Positions 1-10,525 are shown, counted from the first letter of the stretch. The stretch: DNA of 40,207 nt from Dehalococcoidia bacterium (GCA_047516345.1 JAKZUY010000165.1:1-40207); one strand, 5' to 3'. Notes: a model not told the origin generated them from the sequence alone. Made by a program: numbers and translations.

Positions 1-1
1 G

Positions 2-1510
2 CAGAGAATCGCGGGTGAGAAGGGCAAAGCCCAGGTACCGAACGGTGAACGGGCGAGCGCCATAACGGCAGATCTCCAGGTGGCGGCCTACCGCGTCAGT
101 CAGGTAAAGACCCGCGAGATCCGGCAGAAGCCGCAGCCGCCCTTCACGACCAGCACCCTGCAGCAAGAGGCGGCCAGACGGCTCGGACTCGGTGCACAAC
201 GGACGATGCGGATCGCGCAGGAGCTTTACGAGGGAATCCAGGTAGGAGAGGAAGACCCCTTGGGTCTCATCACGTACATGAGGACCGACTCGGTAAACCT
301 GGCGGCGAGCGCACTTGATGAAACGAACAAGTTCATTAAAGGAAAATACGGCCCCGAGTTCGCCGATAAGCCGCGGACTTACAAAACCCGTTCCCGTTCG
401 GCACAGGAAGCCCACGAAGCGATCAGACCGACTTCCGCGTACCGCACGCCCGCAGACTTGAAAAAGTTCCTGAGCCGGGATCAGCTTCGGCTATACGACC
501 TCATCTGGAAACGGATGGTGGCCAGCCAGATGAAAGACGCGATCCTCGACTCGACGACCGCGGAGATCCAGGCCGTCGCGAGTAACGGCAAGGAATACAC
601 CGTTCGGGCTGCGGGCAGGGTAATGAAGTTCGAGGGGTTCCGCATTGTCTATGTCGAAGCCCGCGACGATGAGGAAGAAAACGACGAGAAGAGACTACCG
701 AAACTATCCGATGATCAGGAACTTTCGCTGATCAAGGTCAACTCCGCGCAGAAGTTCACAAAACCGCCCCCGCGCTTTTCAGAGGCGATGCTCATACGGA
801 CTTTGGAGGAACAGGGCATCGGGCGGCCTAGCACTTACGCGTCGATAGTGGGCACAATCGAGCAAAGGGAGTACGTGAGCCGCGAGAGTCGCAGATTCAA
901 ACCCACGCCGCTTGGCGCCGCCGTCTCCGACCTGCTCACTGAAAACTTCCCGGACATAATGGATCCAGGATTTACCGCCGGTATGGAGGAGCGGCTGGAT
1001 CAGATCGCCGAGGGCCGCGTCGAATGGGTTCCGATGCTCGGCGAATTTTATGGACCATTCGATAAGCAGGTAGAACACGCGAGAGAGCACGCAGCTCGAG
1101 TAGACAGATCGAAGCTGGTGGAAGAAAGCGACGAGGTCTGCGAAAAGTGCGAACGGCCTATGGTCATAAGAAGTGGTCGCTACGGCAAGTTCTTGTCGTG
1201 CAGCGGCTTCCCGGAGTGCCGGAATTCGCGCCCAATCCGCATTGGCACCGGAATCACGTGCCCGAAATGCGGCAAAGGCGAACTGCTGGAGAAACGGAAC
1301 AGCAAAAGCCGTACGTTCTACGGCTGCGAGACGTACCCGGACTGCGATTTCCTGACCGGGCGGCGGCCTCTGAAGGAGAGTTGCCCGGAGTGCGGCGGCC
1401 TGCTTACCCTATCCGGACGAAACACGGCGAGCTGCGTGGATTGCAAGTTCAGAGGACCTCCGCCGGAGCCGGTTCAGGCCGATCAGGTCCCAAAAATGGC
1501 CGAGGTCTAA
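2..1510 (+). CDS. topA: DNA topoisomerase I, C-terminal ~500 aa (5' end lies upstream of the window)
   Basis: The frame is open from base 2, with no stop before the listed ORF at 80. It carries the type IA core motif PPFTTSTLQQEA...AQELYEG...YMRTDS. Three C-terminal Cys4 zinc-ribbon repeats follow (CEKCERP..CSGFPEC, CPKCGKG..CETYPDC, CPECGG..CVDC). Confidence 0.93.
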   Translation, partial: QRIAGEKGKAQVPNGERASAITADLQVAAYRVSQVKTREIRQKPQPPFTTSTLQQEAARRLGLGAQRTMRIAQELYEGIQVGEEDPLGLITYMRTDSVNLAASALDETNKFIKGKYGPEFADKPRTYKTRSRSAQEAHEAIRPTSAYRTPADLKKFLSRDQLRLYDLIWKRMVASQMKDAILDSTTAEIQAVASNGKEYTVRAAGRVMKFEGFRIVYVEARDDEEENDEKRLPKLSDDQELSLIKVNSAQKFTKPPPRFSEAMLIRTLEEQGIGRPSTYASIVGTIEQREYVSRESRRFKPTPLGAAVSDLLTENFPDIMDPGFTAGMEERLDQIAEGRVEWVPMLGEFYGPFDKQVEHAREHAARVDRSKLVEESDEVCEKCERPMVIRSGRYGKFLSCSGFPECRNSRPIRIGTGITCPKCGKGELLEKRNSKSRTFYGCETYPDCDFLTGRRPLKESCPECGGLLTLSGRNTASCVDCKFRGPPPEPVQADQVPKMAEV

Positions 1511-1591
1511 CCCGGCCACGAGCCGTCACACGCACGGTCGGTCCGGTTGCCCTGCGTTCGTTGACCGCGGAAATGTGCCCGGGGCGGCGTT

Positions 1592-2584
1592 TTGATTAGC
1601 GAGACCGGCGGGCAAATACCCGTTCCTGGGCTTGAGCACGCCCTGGAAGGCACTCCCTGGTCAGGTGTGGTGGCCAAATATGCCGATCACATGCGCGCCC
1701 TGCGGCAAATGTCCCCGTATACGGTCCGGAATTACCTGAGCGATCTTGTTCCCTACTTCACGTATCTGGACAAACGGGGAGTCCGTGAACTCGACAGTCC
1801 GGGGCGCAGGCTATTGCGCGGTTATCTGGCGTGGTTGATCGAGATCGGCTACGAGCGGCCCAGCGTTTCCCGCAAACTGACCGCCCTGCGTCAGTTCTAC
1901 CGTTACTTGAAAGAGACGAGCGTCGCGAAGTCGGACCAGGTTGAAAATGTGTCGGCGCCGCGGCTGGACAGGCGACTTCCCGGGGCCGCATCGCTGGAAC
2001 AGGTCGAGTTATTGCTCAGCGAGCCGGACACAAAGTCCGCTGCCGGCATGAGAGACAAAGCGCTTCTGGAGGTCCTCTACGCATCCGGGCTGCGGGTATC
2101 CGAGGCACACGGCGCGGACCTGGGAGACCTCGATCTGGCCGCGCGTGAAATCAGGGTTATCGGCAAGGGCTCAAAGCAGCGAGTGGCGTTGCTTGGCGCT
2201 CCATCCGCGCGGTGGCTCAAACACTACCTGGAGCATGGGCGGCCAACGATGTCAAAGCGGCGCAGTGACACGGCGTTGTTCCTCAACAAGTACGGTGGCA
2301 GACTATCGGTGCGGGGCATTCAGATGGTGGTCAAGAAGTACGCGCTGCAGGCGGGGCTGGACCCTGACTTCCACACGCACACACTTCGCCACAGCTTCGC
2401 CACGCACTTGCTCGATGGCGGCGCCGACCTGCGCGTGGTGCAGGAATTGCTCGGCCACGCCAGTCCGGCCACGACGCAGATCTACACCCACGTCTCGGCG
2501 GAAAGCGCGCGGAGGGTGTATCTTGCTGCTCACCCGCGGGCCGGCAAGGCGGGCAGGTCGGGCGCTGACAGTCCTGCGAGATAA
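1592..2584 (+). CDS. xerC: Tyrosine site-specific recombinase, XerC/XerD family
   Basis: It has an N-terminal SAM-like core-binding region ([15 protein letters not shown]). The C-terminal catalytic signature is ASGLRVSE...[39 protein letters not shown] (R..HxxR..Y). XerC and XerD cannot be told apart by eye. The start is a TTG and is uncertain. Confidence 0.85.
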   Translation: MISETGGQIPVPGLEHALEGTPWSGVVAKYADHMRALRQMSPYTVRNYLSDLVPYFTYLDKRGVRELDSPGRRLLRGYLAWLIEIGYERPSVSRKLTALRQFYRYLKETSVAKSDQVENVSAPRLDRRLPGAASLEQVELLLSEPDTKSAAGMRDKALLEVLYASGLRVSEAHGADLGDLDLAAREIRVIGKGSKQRVALLGAPSARWLKHYLEHGRPTMSKRRSDTALFLNKYGGRLSVRGIQMVVKKYALQAGLDPDFHTHTLRHSFATHLLDGGADLRVVQELLGHASPATTQIYTHVSAESARRVYLAAHPRAGKAGRSGADSPAR

Positions 2585-2718
2585 GCTGAGACAATTGGTG
2601 AATTGCCCGAGTTCCTCTGCCGATACACTGAATTCGCAACGCCCGGGCTGGAAGAATGTTGCATAACGCCGCGCCCGCATCGGCACAATAACGCGGGTCG
2701 GTTTAATGAGGCAGGACG

Positions 2719-3612
2719 ATGAAGATCGCTGACGCACATCACCATCTATGGGACCTGGAGAACAATCGTTATCCGTGGTTGCAGGAGCCTGTAGAGCACT
2801 TCGCCGGCGACTACTCGGACATCCGCCGCACCTACCTGATAGGTGATCTTCAGCACGACGCGTCGGAGTTTGAACTCTCGAAATCGGTCCATCTGCAAGC
2901 TGAATACGACCATTCCGATCCGGTAAGGGAAACGGCGTGGTTGCAGTCGGTGCACGATGACCCTGCGTCCGAGGGTCTGCCGAGCGCCGCCGTGGCGTAC
3001 GCCGATTTTGAAGCCGACGACGTCGAAGAGGTCCTGGCCCGCCACTGCGAATATTCCGTAATGCGCGGAATCAGGTACATGCTCAACTACGGCGACGAGC
3101 CGCGGATGCGATTCGCCCCCAGAGACGGCTTGACGCGGGACCCCAAATGGCTTTCCGGATACCGCCAACTGACAAAGTTCGGTCTGTCGTTCGATTGCCA
3201 AGTCTGGCCCTGGCAGCTTCAGGACGCGGCAAGGCTGGCCGGTGACAACCCGGACATTCCGGTGATCCTGAATCACACCGGCATGCCTATCAACCGCGAC
3301 CCGGCCGGAATGAGCGAGTGGCGCGACGGCCTTAAGGCCCTCGCCGCGAACGGGAACGCGTCGGCGAAGATCTCCGGACTTGGGATGCTGGACCGCGAGT
3401 GGGACGCGGAACGCATCAAGCCATTCGTGCTTGACACGATCGAGGCGTTCGGAACCGATAGGTGTATGTTCGCCAGCAACTACCCGGTCGACAGGCTGTT
3501 CGGGACTTTCAGCAGGATCTGGCGGGCGTTTGACGAGACGACCCGGGATTTCACGCCGGAAGAACGCACCAACTTGTTTCACGATAACGCGGTGCGTATC
3601 TACAGGTTGTAG
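2719..3612 (+). CDS. Metal-dependent amidohydrolase, amidohydrolase_2 (PF04909-like) family
   Basis: The N-terminus DAHHHLWD is the HxH metal ligand. Other motifs are ILNHTGMP, AKISGLG, MFASNYPVD and a C-terminal LFHDNAVRIYRL, the layout typical of TIM-barrel lactonase/decarboxylase-type amidohydrolases. Confidence 0.8.
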   Translation: MKIADAHHHLWDLENNRYPWLQEPVEHFAGDYSDIRRTYLIGDLQHDASEFELSKSVHLQAEYDHSDPVRETAWLQSVHDDPASEGLPSAAVAYADFEADDVEEVLARHCEYSVMRGIRYMLNYGDEPRMRFAPRDGLTRDPKWLSGYRQLTKFGLSFDCQVWPWQLQDAARLAGDNPDIPVILNHTGMPINRDPAGMSEWRDGLKALAANGNASAKISGLGMLDREWDAERIKPFVLDTIEAFGTDRCMFASNYPVDRLFGTFSRIWRAFDETTRDFTPEERTNLFHDNAVRIYRL

Positions 3613-3655
3613 GCTAGAAGCCGCAAACTAATGCGCGCAGGCCGGACTAGACACA

Positions 3656-4093
3656 TTGACCAGATACGTCGTAATTAACGGACCGAATCTCAACAATCTG
3701 GGCCGACGGGACCCATCCCAATACGGTTCGACAACTCTCGCGGATATCGAGCGCCGCGTCGGGGATCGCGCCCGCGAGCTTGGCTTCGAAGTACTGTTTT
3801 TTCAGTCGAATCACGAAGGCGCAATAGTCGATTTCATTCAGGAGAATTCGGCTGGCGCATCGGGATTCATCATCAACGCCGGAGCGTTGACACAGGTCGG
3901 GTACTCAATTCTGGATGCATTGCTGGATGCCTCACGGCCCGTCGTTGAGGTTCACATCTCCAATATCCATGGCCGCGAGGAGTTCCGGCGCCACTCGGTG
4001 ATAGCGCCCTACGCCGTCGGCCAGATTGCGGGCCTCGGGTGGCGGGGATACGTCTACGCCCTGGAATTCCTGGTTGCCGAGTCGAATGGCTGA
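3656..4093 (+). CDS. aroQ: 3-dehydroquinate dehydratase, type II
   Basis: The product is 145 aa. Motifs are INGPNLNNLGRR.P..YG, FQSNHEGAIVDFIQ, INAGALTQ and HISNIHGREEFRRHSV. Confidence 0.93.
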   Translation: MTRYVVINGPNLNNLGRRDPSQYGSTTLADIERRVGDRARELGFEVLFFQSNHEGAIVDFIQENSAGASGFIINAGALTQVGYSILDALLDASRPVVEVHISNIHGREEFRRHSVIAPYAVGQIAGLGWRGYVYALEFLVAESNG

Positions 4094-4132
4094 GCGAACG
4101 ACTTGGCGCAAGGGTTCGGGATCGGCGGCTAT

Positions 4133-5206
4133 ATGATCGAGCAACGGCTGGATAACCTGCGCGCGGCGATCGAGGAAAAGCCCATCGACGGGCTGCTCAT
4201 CTCAGATTCCGACAGCCGGCGCTATCTTTCGGGTTTCGTCGGAACGGCCGGGTATCTGTTCATCACGAGAGACAGCGCCGTTCTTGCCACCGATTTCCGA
4301 TACACGGAGCAGGCGGCTCAGCAGGCCCCCGACTATCGTGTAGACCGGATCCCCGGTCAGTTGGACTGGCTGCCGAGCCTTTGCGCCGAGTTCGACGTGA
4401 AGAAGCTTGGATTCGAGGCGGATGACATTACGGTGTCGCAGTTCGAGCGGTTCAGGCAAGCGTTCAAGGACAAGGACTTCGAGACGGGACTAGAATCGAC
4501 CACCGACCTGACCCTCGATCTGAGAGCAGTCAAGGACGAACGCGAACTCGAATTGCTCTCCCGCGCTATCCAGATTGGCGACGAGGCGTTTGACGAGGTT
4601 TCCGCCGAGGTCGCACCGGGCATGACCGAGATCGAGGTGGCGGAGCGCATAGAGCGGGCGGTCAAAAGTCGCGGTGCCGAGTCGATTTCGTTCGATACAA
4701 TCGTCGCGGCCGGGCCCAACGCCGCTCGTCCACACCACCGGGCAGGCGATACGGTGATCCGTGAAGGCGAAACCGTCGTGGTCGACATGGGTGCCCGCTA
4801 TCAGGGTTACTGTAGCGACTTGACCCGCACGATTGTGCTCGGCAAGGCCGATGACAAGACCAGACGGATCTACGACATCGTCCTGAGCGCCCAGCTCGCG
4901 GCCATAGAACTGGTCGAAGCCGGCATGACCGGCGGTGAGACCGACCTGGTTGCGCGCAAGGTGATTCAGGAGGCCGGCCACGGCGATGACTTTGGCCATA
5001 GCCTGGGGCACGGCGTGGGTCTGCAGGTGCACGAGAACCCCGGCGTGGGGCCAAACAGCAAGGGCGAACTGAAAGACGGCATGGTGTTCACCATCGAGCC
5101 GGGCATCTATCTGCAAGGCTGGGGCGGTGTGAGAATTGAAGACGTCGTGGTGTTGGAACAGGGAAAGGCCCGAGTCCTGAGCAAGGCGCGAAAACTGTCG
5201 CCCTGA
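4133..5206 (+). CDS. pepP: Xaa-Pro aminopeptidase / M24B metallopeptidase
   Basis: A creatinase-like N-terminal domain is followed by a pita-bread fold with metal ligands in VVVDMGARYQGYCSDLTRT, GHSLGHGVGLQVHE, FTIEPG and IEDVV. The start is placed at the ATG at 4133 (MIEQRLDNLR) rather than the TTG at 4103. Confidence 0.88.
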   Translation: MIEQRLDNLRAAIEEKPIDGLLISDSDSRRYLSGFVGTAGYLFITRDSAVLATDFRYTEQAAQQAPDYRVDRIPGQLDWLPSLCAEFDVKKLGFEADDITVSQFERFRQAFKDKDFETGLESTTDLTLDLRAVKDERELELLSRAIQIGDEAFDEVSAEVAPGMTEIEVAERIERAVKSRGAESISFDTIVAAGPNAARPHHRAGDTVIREGETVVVDMGARYQGYCSDLTRTIVLGKADDKTRRIYDIVLSAQLAAIELVEAGMTGGETDLVARKVIQEAGHGDDFGHSLGHGVGLQVHENPGVGPNSKGELKDGMVFTIEPGIYLQGWGGVRIEDVVVLEQGKARVLSKARKLSP

Positions 5207-5290
5207 CCCCAAATAACCCCAGTTTGAAAATGATCGATCACTCCGCCTGGCGATGTGATTGATGGCCAGCAACGAGGAGCAACCCTACCG

Positions 5291-5854
5291 ATGACGATTT
5301 CATCGAGCGAAATTAGACGGAATATGACCATCATTCTGGATGGGGAGTTGTATTCCATTTTGGACTGGCAACACCGGCAGGCGCCAAAGGCGCCGCCGAC
5401 CCTTACGATGAAGCTGCGCCAGATCAGGACCGGCAACGTTTATGAGCGCAAGGTGCCAGGCAACCAGAAACTGAGCGTTGCGCAGACCGAGCGCCGGATG
5501 TCCCAGTACCTTTATCGGGACGGCGATCTGTTTTACTTCATGGATAACGAGACATACGAACAGTTCCCAGTTACCGAGGAACTGCTCGGCGACTACCTTC
5601 AGTACCTCATGGAGGGGGACTCGATCGAGGTACTGATTTTTGAGAACAACCCGGTGCAGGTGGAGTTGCCGGCCGCTGTGAACCTCACTATCGAGCGCGC
5701 CGATCCGGGATTAAAGGGCGATACGCAGAGCGGCGCGACCAAGCCGGCCACTACATCGACCGGCCTGACGCTGCAGGTGCCGCTGTTCATCAACGCCGGC
5801 GATTCCGTCAAAGTCGATACACGCAACGGCGGTTATCTTGAGCGTGTCGGTTAG
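5291..5854 (+). CDS. efp: Translation elongation factor P
   Basis: The product is about 187 aa. The N-terminal KOW-like region LDGELY... aligns length-for-length with E. coli LDGEPY...KLRRLLTG. The C-terminus is KPATTSTGLTLQVPLFINAGDSVKVDTRNGGYLERV. The start is the ATG at 5291. The ORF track begins upstream at 5255. Confidence 0.9.
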   Translation: MTISSSEIRRNMTIILDGELYSILDWQHRQAPKAPPTLTMKLRQIRTGNVYERKVPGNQKLSVAQTERRMSQYLYRDGDLFYFMDNETYEQFPVTEELLGDYLQYLMEGDSIEVLIFENNPVQVELPAAVNLTIERADPGLKGDTQSGATKPATTSTGLTLQVPLFINAGDSVKVDTRNGGYLERVG

Positions 5855-5993
5855 GGTAGTAGGCAGTTTACCCCGCGCTGGCGTTCAGTACGGATCCTCA
5901 AACTCATAGCCTTCTTTGAACAACCTGGCGGGCCACCGGTCTGCCAGCGCATCTGATCCCGACGCGACCTTAGCGCGTAGTACCGAGTCAGCC

Positions 5994-7226
5994 ATGGCGC
6001 CCACAGACCTCTCAACCCGCGCCAGCGAATGGGGTGAGTCCGTTTACACGGTGTCCGAGGTTTCCGGGCACCTCAAGGATTACCTGGAATCAAACCCGGT
6101 GCTGGCAGACCTGACGGTCATTGGCGAAGTAGCGAACCATCGGAAGCCCGGCTCAGGCCACCACTACTTCACGCTACGGGACGAGCGGGCGTCGCTAAAC
6201 TGCGTGATGTTTCGCTCCGGCCGCGGAGGCCGGTACCTTCAAGACGGAGCGCAGGCTGTAGTTCGAGGGCGAATCTCCATGTACGTCGCGCGGGGAGACG
6301 TGCAGCTATACGCCGAGTCTGTCCGTCCGGCCGGGCAGGGAGCGTTGCAGCAGGCATTCGAGGAGCTCAAGGCCCGGCTTAGCGCCGAGGGGCTGTTTGA
6401 CCCCGGCCGGAAACGGCCGCTACCGGAGTTCCCCGGGCGGATCGCAGTTATCACTTCGCCAACCGGCGCCGTCATCCAGGACATTCTCAACGTTCTCTCC
6501 CGTCGTTACCCTCTTGTCGAAGTGGTCGTTATCCCTTCGGCAGTTCAGGGGGAGCGCGCCGCGCCCGAGTTGGTCGGGGCGTTCGAAACTCTGGACTCCG
6601 AATCGGACATAGACCTCGTTATATTGGCCAGGGGCGGCGGCTCGCTTGAGGATCTGTGGTCATTCAACGAGGAGCAGGTGGCTCGGGCAATCTTCGCCAG
6701 CCGCATCCCGGTGGTCAGCGCGGTGGGTCACGAAACCGACGTGACGATCGCCGATTTCGTGGCCGACGTGCGAGCGCCTACGCCGTCAGCCGCGGCGGAA
6801 TTGGCCACCCCCGACGTGATGGATCTCGCTGCGCGGCTCGCCGGCGCAGTCTATTCGATGGAGTCGAGGTTGGTGCGGATGTTGGGTGAAGCGCGGACGG
6901 CCCTTGAGCAGGATATCGATCGGCTGGGGATGCGTGTCCCAGATACCAAGACGCCGAGGCAGCAAATTGACGTAATGTTGAGGTCCGCCGGGTTGGCCGT
7001 CCGAAGAGTTCTGGAGGCAAAGAGGGCAGACCTTCACACCCTGGACGTCCAACTCGCCGCCCTCGGCCCCGCGAAGATCCTCGGGCGCGGCTACGCCATG
7101 GTCCGATCAGCGAACGGCTCGGTCCTGACCAGCGTCGAGGGCATCGATGCCGGAGACCTGATGTCGATTACTTTCGGGGACGGCGAGGTGGACGCCGAGG
7201 CGAAAGTTGTCAGACGAAATTCGTAA
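5994..7226 (+). CDS. xseA: Exodeoxyribonuclease VII large subunit
   Basis: It has an OB-fold N-terminus (VYTVSEVSGHLKDYLE...GEVANHRKPGSGHHYFTLRD). The catalytic region is RIAVITSPTGAVIQDILNVLSRR..ILARGGGSLEDLWSFNEE..VVSAVGHETDVTIADFVADVRAPTPSAAAE. The start is uncertain, because the frame is open from 5916. Confidence 0.88.
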   Translation: MAPTDLSTRASEWGESVYTVSEVSGHLKDYLESNPVLADLTVIGEVANHRKPGSGHHYFTLRDERASLNCVMFRSGRGGRYLQDGAQAVVRGRISMYVARGDVQLYAESVRPAGQGALQQAFEELKARLSAEGLFDPGRKRPLPEFPGRIAVITSPTGAVIQDILNVLSRRYPLVEVVVIPSAVQGERAAPELVGAFETLDSESDIDLVILARGGGSLEDLWSFNEEQVARAIFASRIPVVSAVGHETDVTIADFVADVRAPTPSAAAELATPDVMDLAARLAGAVYSMESRLVRMLGEARTALEQDIDRLGMRVPDTKTPRQQIDVMLRSAGLAVRRVLEAKRADLHTLDVQLAALGPAKILGRGYAMVRSANGSVLTSVEGIDAGDLMSITFGDGEVDAEAKVVRRNS

Positions 7227-7303
7227 AGTGCTGAAATGACAGCGTACAGCGGCGCGATGTGGTCTGGAATTACAATGTCGCTCCAGGAGATAGAAACCCG
7301 GAT

Positions 7304-7597
7304 ATGACGAAAATCACACAAGGTGGAGATGGCGGCTCCAAGAGTCGTTCGAGAACCTTCGAATCGTCTCTGCGGGAGCTGGAAAGCACGGTTCGCAGAT
7401 TGGAAGAGGGCAATCTGACGCTGGATGAGGCGACCAAACTGTTCGAGTCAGGTATGCGCCTGGCTTCCCGGTGCAACGAACTGCTGACTTCCGCCGAGTT
7501 GAAAATCACACACCTTCAGTCAAGGTTTTCGGACCAGATGGCCCTGGTTCCGGACGAGAGTGACATGTACGACGAAGATGCGCCGTCGGGATCGTGA
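7304..7597 (+). CDS. xseB: Exodeoxyribonuclease VII small subunit
   Basis: It lies immediately downstream of xseA. The motif FESSLRELESTVRRLEEGNLTLDEATKLFESGMRLASRCNELL is the classic XseB helical hairpin. The start is taken at the ATG at 7304. Confidence 0.85.
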   Translation: MTKITQGGDGGSKSRSRTFESSLRELESTVRRLEEGNLTLDEATKLFESGMRLASRCNELLTSAELKITHLQSRFSDQMALVPDESDMYDEDAPSGS

Positions 7598-7666
7598 CGA
7601 GGCATTCCCTGGCGCGAGGGTGTAATGATCGACTCTGAATGAACGCGTCGGGAAGAATCGGCGAGG

Positions 7667-8485
7667 ATGGCGTTGACTAGACTACCGCGCGCCCCGCTCA
7701 AACTGGGATGGTTTTCGACAGGCCGTGGCCAGGGTTCGCTCGGACTGCTCACAGCTACGCTCAATGCGATTCAAGACGGCCGGCTCCCCGCGTCGATAGA
7801 TTTCGTGTTCTGCAACAGGGAACGAGGTCAGGCGGCAGGCTCCGATCGCTTCATGGACTTTGTGGAATCTCGGAATATTCCCCTGGTCGCTCTATCGTCC
7901 CGCCGCTTTCGCAAGGAGCACGAAAATCGTCCATGGTCCGAGTTGAGGGAGTCCTTCGACCTGGCCGCCGCCGACCTTCTGACGGATCACAACCCCGACC
8001 TTTCGGTCAACGCCGGATACATGTTGATCGCTCCGGCGCTGTGCCGTGAATTCAGGATGATCAACGTTCACCCGGCTCTACCGAACGGCCCCACAGGTAT
8101 GTGGCAGAACGTGATTTGGGACCTGATTGGACAGCGGGCGGACCGCACCGGCACGATGGTCCACGTCGTGACGGAGGACGTGGACGGGGGACCAGTGCTG
8201 TCGTATTGCTCCTACCCCATAAGGGGTCCGCAGTTCGATTCCCATTGGGCGGCGATAGCGGGCCTTGAATTGAGCGATGTCAGGGGAGAACAGGGTGAGG
8301 ACCTGCCGTTATTCCGCGCCGTGCGGGAGGCGGGGCTCCTCAGGGAACAGCCGCTACTCGTGGGGACGTTGTGCGCCCTGGCGGATGGCCTGCTAGATCC
8401 GGAATTGGCTGCGGGCGGAGGGTGCGATCCGGCCGATCTTACAGGGCCGGTAGAGCGTGCTGTGGGGCTGGCCGACGGGGCTTAA
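7667..8485 (+). CDS. Formyltransferase-family protein (PurN-like, longer than canonical PurN)
   Basis: The Formyl_trans_N catalytic pattern is present: MINVHPALPNGPTG (N-x-H) and HVVTEDVDGGPVL (Asp). At 272 aa it carries extra internal and C-terminal segments relative to PurN (about 200 aa). Confidence 0.65.
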   Translation: MALTRLPRAPLKLGWFSTGRGQGSLGLLTATLNAIQDGRLPASIDFVFCNRERGQAAGSDRFMDFVESRNIPLVALSSRRFRKEHENRPWSELRESFDLAAADLLTDHNPDLSVNAGYMLIAPALCREFRMINVHPALPNGPTGMWQNVIWDLIGQRADRTGTMVHVVTEDVDGGPVLSYCSYPIRGPQFDSHWAAIAGLELSDVRGEQGEDLPLFRAVREAGLLREQPLLVGTLCALADGLLDPELAAGGGCDPADLTGPVERAVGLADGA

Positions 8486-8542
8486 AGACGAATCGGGCGG
8501 GCTCTCTGTTTTAACCTGGTTCTTTTGAGCCTCTGCCGCGAA

Positions 8543-9841
8543 TCAGGCCGCCGTACGGTCGGCCGGCAGCAGGTCGTTCATCTGTTTGCCGGACTCGTCT
8601 ATCAGAAGAGGCCAACGGCCATCGGTAATCGTCTCGGGCAAAATTATGCACTTGGCCACGTTCTTGAGCGACGGTATCTCGTACATGACGTCGACGAGCG
8701 TATCTTCGACGATTGCCCGCAATCCTCGTGCTCCTGCCTTGCGATGCTTTGAGAGTCTGGCCGTAGCTTCCAACGCCTCTTTGGTGAATTCCAATTCCAC
8801 ACCGTCGAATGAGAAGAGCGCCTCGTACTGTTTGACCAGTGCGTTTCGGGGCTCTGTGAGCACGCTGATCAGCTCATCATGCGTCAGGTCGGTCAGACCC
8901 ACCACCAACGGAATTCTCCCGACGAACTCGGGGATGAAGCCGTAGGAGATCAGGTCAGTCGGCTCGATAGCTGTTAAGCCGAGCGTTGCTGAGTCACCCG
9001 ATCCCGGTGACAGCGCGGGGGAACCGAATCCCATCGTCGAACGGTCCTTCAGTATCCTGCTTTGCAGCACCTCTTCAAGGCCGTCGAAGGTGCCGCCAAG
9101 TATGAACAGGATGTTCGAGGTATCTATCTGAATGAACTCTTGGTGCGGGTGTTTTCGACCACCCTGTGGCGGCACGTTGACCTTGGAGCCTTCAAGAATC
9201 TTGAGGAGAGCTTGCTGCACGCCCTCGCCCGACACGTCCCGTGTAATCGACGGGTTGGCCGCTTTGCGGGCGATCTTGTCGATCTCGTCTATGTATATGA
9301 TTCCCTGCTCGGCGCGCGCCATGTCGAAATGTGCGTCCTGGATGATGCGCAGCAGGATGTTTTCCACGTCCTCGCCCACGTATCCGGCCTCGGTCAGCGA
9401 AGTGGCATCGGTGATTGCGAACGGCACGTCGAGGATCTTCGCCAACGTGTGCGCCAGGTGGGTCTTGCCGGACCCGGTAGGTCCGACAAGCAGGATGTTC
9501 GTTTTCTGCAACTCAATGTCGGAGTTTTCCGCTCCGAGCCACACGCGTTTGTAATGGTTGTAAACGCCGACGCTTATGACCCGTTTGGCGCGCTGTTGCC
9601 CGATTACGTAGTCGTTCAATAGCTCAAAGATTTCGCGGGGCGTCGCCGGTTTGGCTGGAGCGGAGGTCTCGGGTTTCTGGCCGGATAGGATCTGCTGGCA
9701 GCGGTCGACACACTCGTTACAGATAAATATTTTGGACGGACCGGCTATCAGCCTCCGGACCTCATCTTGTGGCTTGTTGCAAAACGAGCAGGCATACTGC
9801 TCGGAATCGTTGCCATCTTTGCGTGTGGATGAGGTGGTCAT
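8543..9841 (-). CDS. clpX: ATP-dependent Clp protease ATP-binding subunit ClpX
   Basis: It has an N-terminal zinc-binding domain (CSFCNK...CNECV), Walker A ([13 protein letters not shown]), Walker B ([10 protein letters not shown]), the GYVGEDVE pore loop and the sensor region [12 protein letters not shown]. Confidence 0.96.
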   Translation of the reverse strand: MTTSSTRKDGNDSEQYACSFCNKPQDEVRRLIAGPSKIFICNECVDRCQQILSGQKPETSAPAKPATPREIFELLNDYVIGQQRAKRVISVGVYNHYKRVWLGAENSDIELQKTNILLVGPTGSGKTHLAHTLAKILDVPFAITDATSLTEAGYVGEDVENILLRIIQDAHFDMARAEQGIIYIDEIDKIARKAANPSITRDVSGEGVQQALLKILEGSKVNVPPQGGRKHPHQEFIQIDTSNILFILGGTFDGLEEVLQSRILKDRSTMGFGSPALSPGSGDSATLGLTAIEPTDLISYGFIPEFVGRIPLVVGLTDLTHDELISVLTEPRNALVKQYEALFSFDGVELEFTKEALEATARLSKHRKAGARGLRAIVEDTLVDVMYEIPSLKNVAKCIILPETITDGRWPLLIDESGKQMNDLLPADRTAA

Positions 9842-9895
9842 GTCTTATCCGTTATCGGAATAGTCTGCGGCGGCACTAACGCGCAGACAGGCGGT

Positions 9896-10525
9896 TTAAC
9901 TGGATTGGGAAGCGCCATTCGCCGATTCCGGATTGGCGCGCAATACCTCGTCGATCAGGCCGTATTCCACGGCTTGATCGGCCGTCAGGTAGTAGTCCCT
10001 GTCGGTATCCCTTGCAACGCGTTCGTAGGGCTGTCCGGTCTTGTCTGCGATCAGTTGTCTCAGCTTGTCTTGCAGCCTCAGTATCTCCCTTGCCGCAATC
10101 TCCATATCAGATGCCTGGCCCTGCACGCCGCCTAGCGGCTGATGCATGTGTATTGTGGAGTTTGGGAGGGCGAATCGCTTGCCTTTCTCCCCGGACATGA
10201 GAAGAACGGTTCCCATGCTGGCGCACTGTCCGACGCAAATGGTCGACACGGCGCACGGGATGTGCTCCATCGTGTCCATTATCGCGAATCCTGATGTGAC
10301 CACGCCGCCGGGCGAGTTCAGGTAGAGGCTGATGTCTTTTTCGGGGTCTTCTCTGGCGAGGTACAGAAGCTGAGCCACGATGAGATTGGCCACCTGGTCA
10401 GTTATCGGCGTGCCGAGGAAGATAATTCGCTCCTTTAGGAGCAGCGAGTAAATATCGAACGCGCGCTCGCCCCTGGCGCCCTGTTCGATCACCATGGGAA
10501 TTATGTTCTCCGGCTGCATCGCCAT
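9896..10525 (-). CDS. clpP: ATP-dependent Clp protease proteolytic subunit ClpP
   Basis: Motifs are [20 protein letters not shown] (Ser nucleophile), IHMHQPLGG (His) and [11 protein letters not shown] (Asp). The start is placed at the ATG at 10525, which is preceded by AAGGAAAAGGAA. The track ORF extends to 10552. Confidence 0.94.
   Translation of the reverse strand: MAMQPENIIPMVIEQGARGERAFDIYSLLLKERIIFLGTPITDQVANLIVAQLLYLAREDPEKDISLYLNSPGGVVTSGFAIMDTMEHIPCAVSTICVGQCASMGTVLLMSGEKGKRFALPNSTIHMHQPLGGVQGQASDMEIAAREILRLQDKLRQLIADKTGQPYERVARDTDRDYYLTADQAVEYGLIDEVLRANPESANGASQSS

Noticed and set aside
2582-2594. The 13-mer TAAGCTGAGACAA is shared between the xerC downstream region (2582) and the aspS-tig intergenic region (about 11981).
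   Set aside because: A handful of 13-mer coincidences are expected by chance in 40 kb, and the flanks do not align.
2746-3582. Long antisense or alternative-frame ORFs inside confident genes. Examples: 2746..3582(-), 4490..5272(-), 12808..13665(+), 18523..19224(+), 19784..20476(-), 21172..22218(-), 29280..29990(-), 30030..30773(-), 29876..30661(+), 39443..40180(+).
   Set aside because: Each lies fully within a gene that has strong family motifs on the other strand or frame. Their translations are Arg/Pro/Ser/Gly-rich with no recognisable motifs. This is the usual shadow-ORF artefact of roughly 60% GC DNA.
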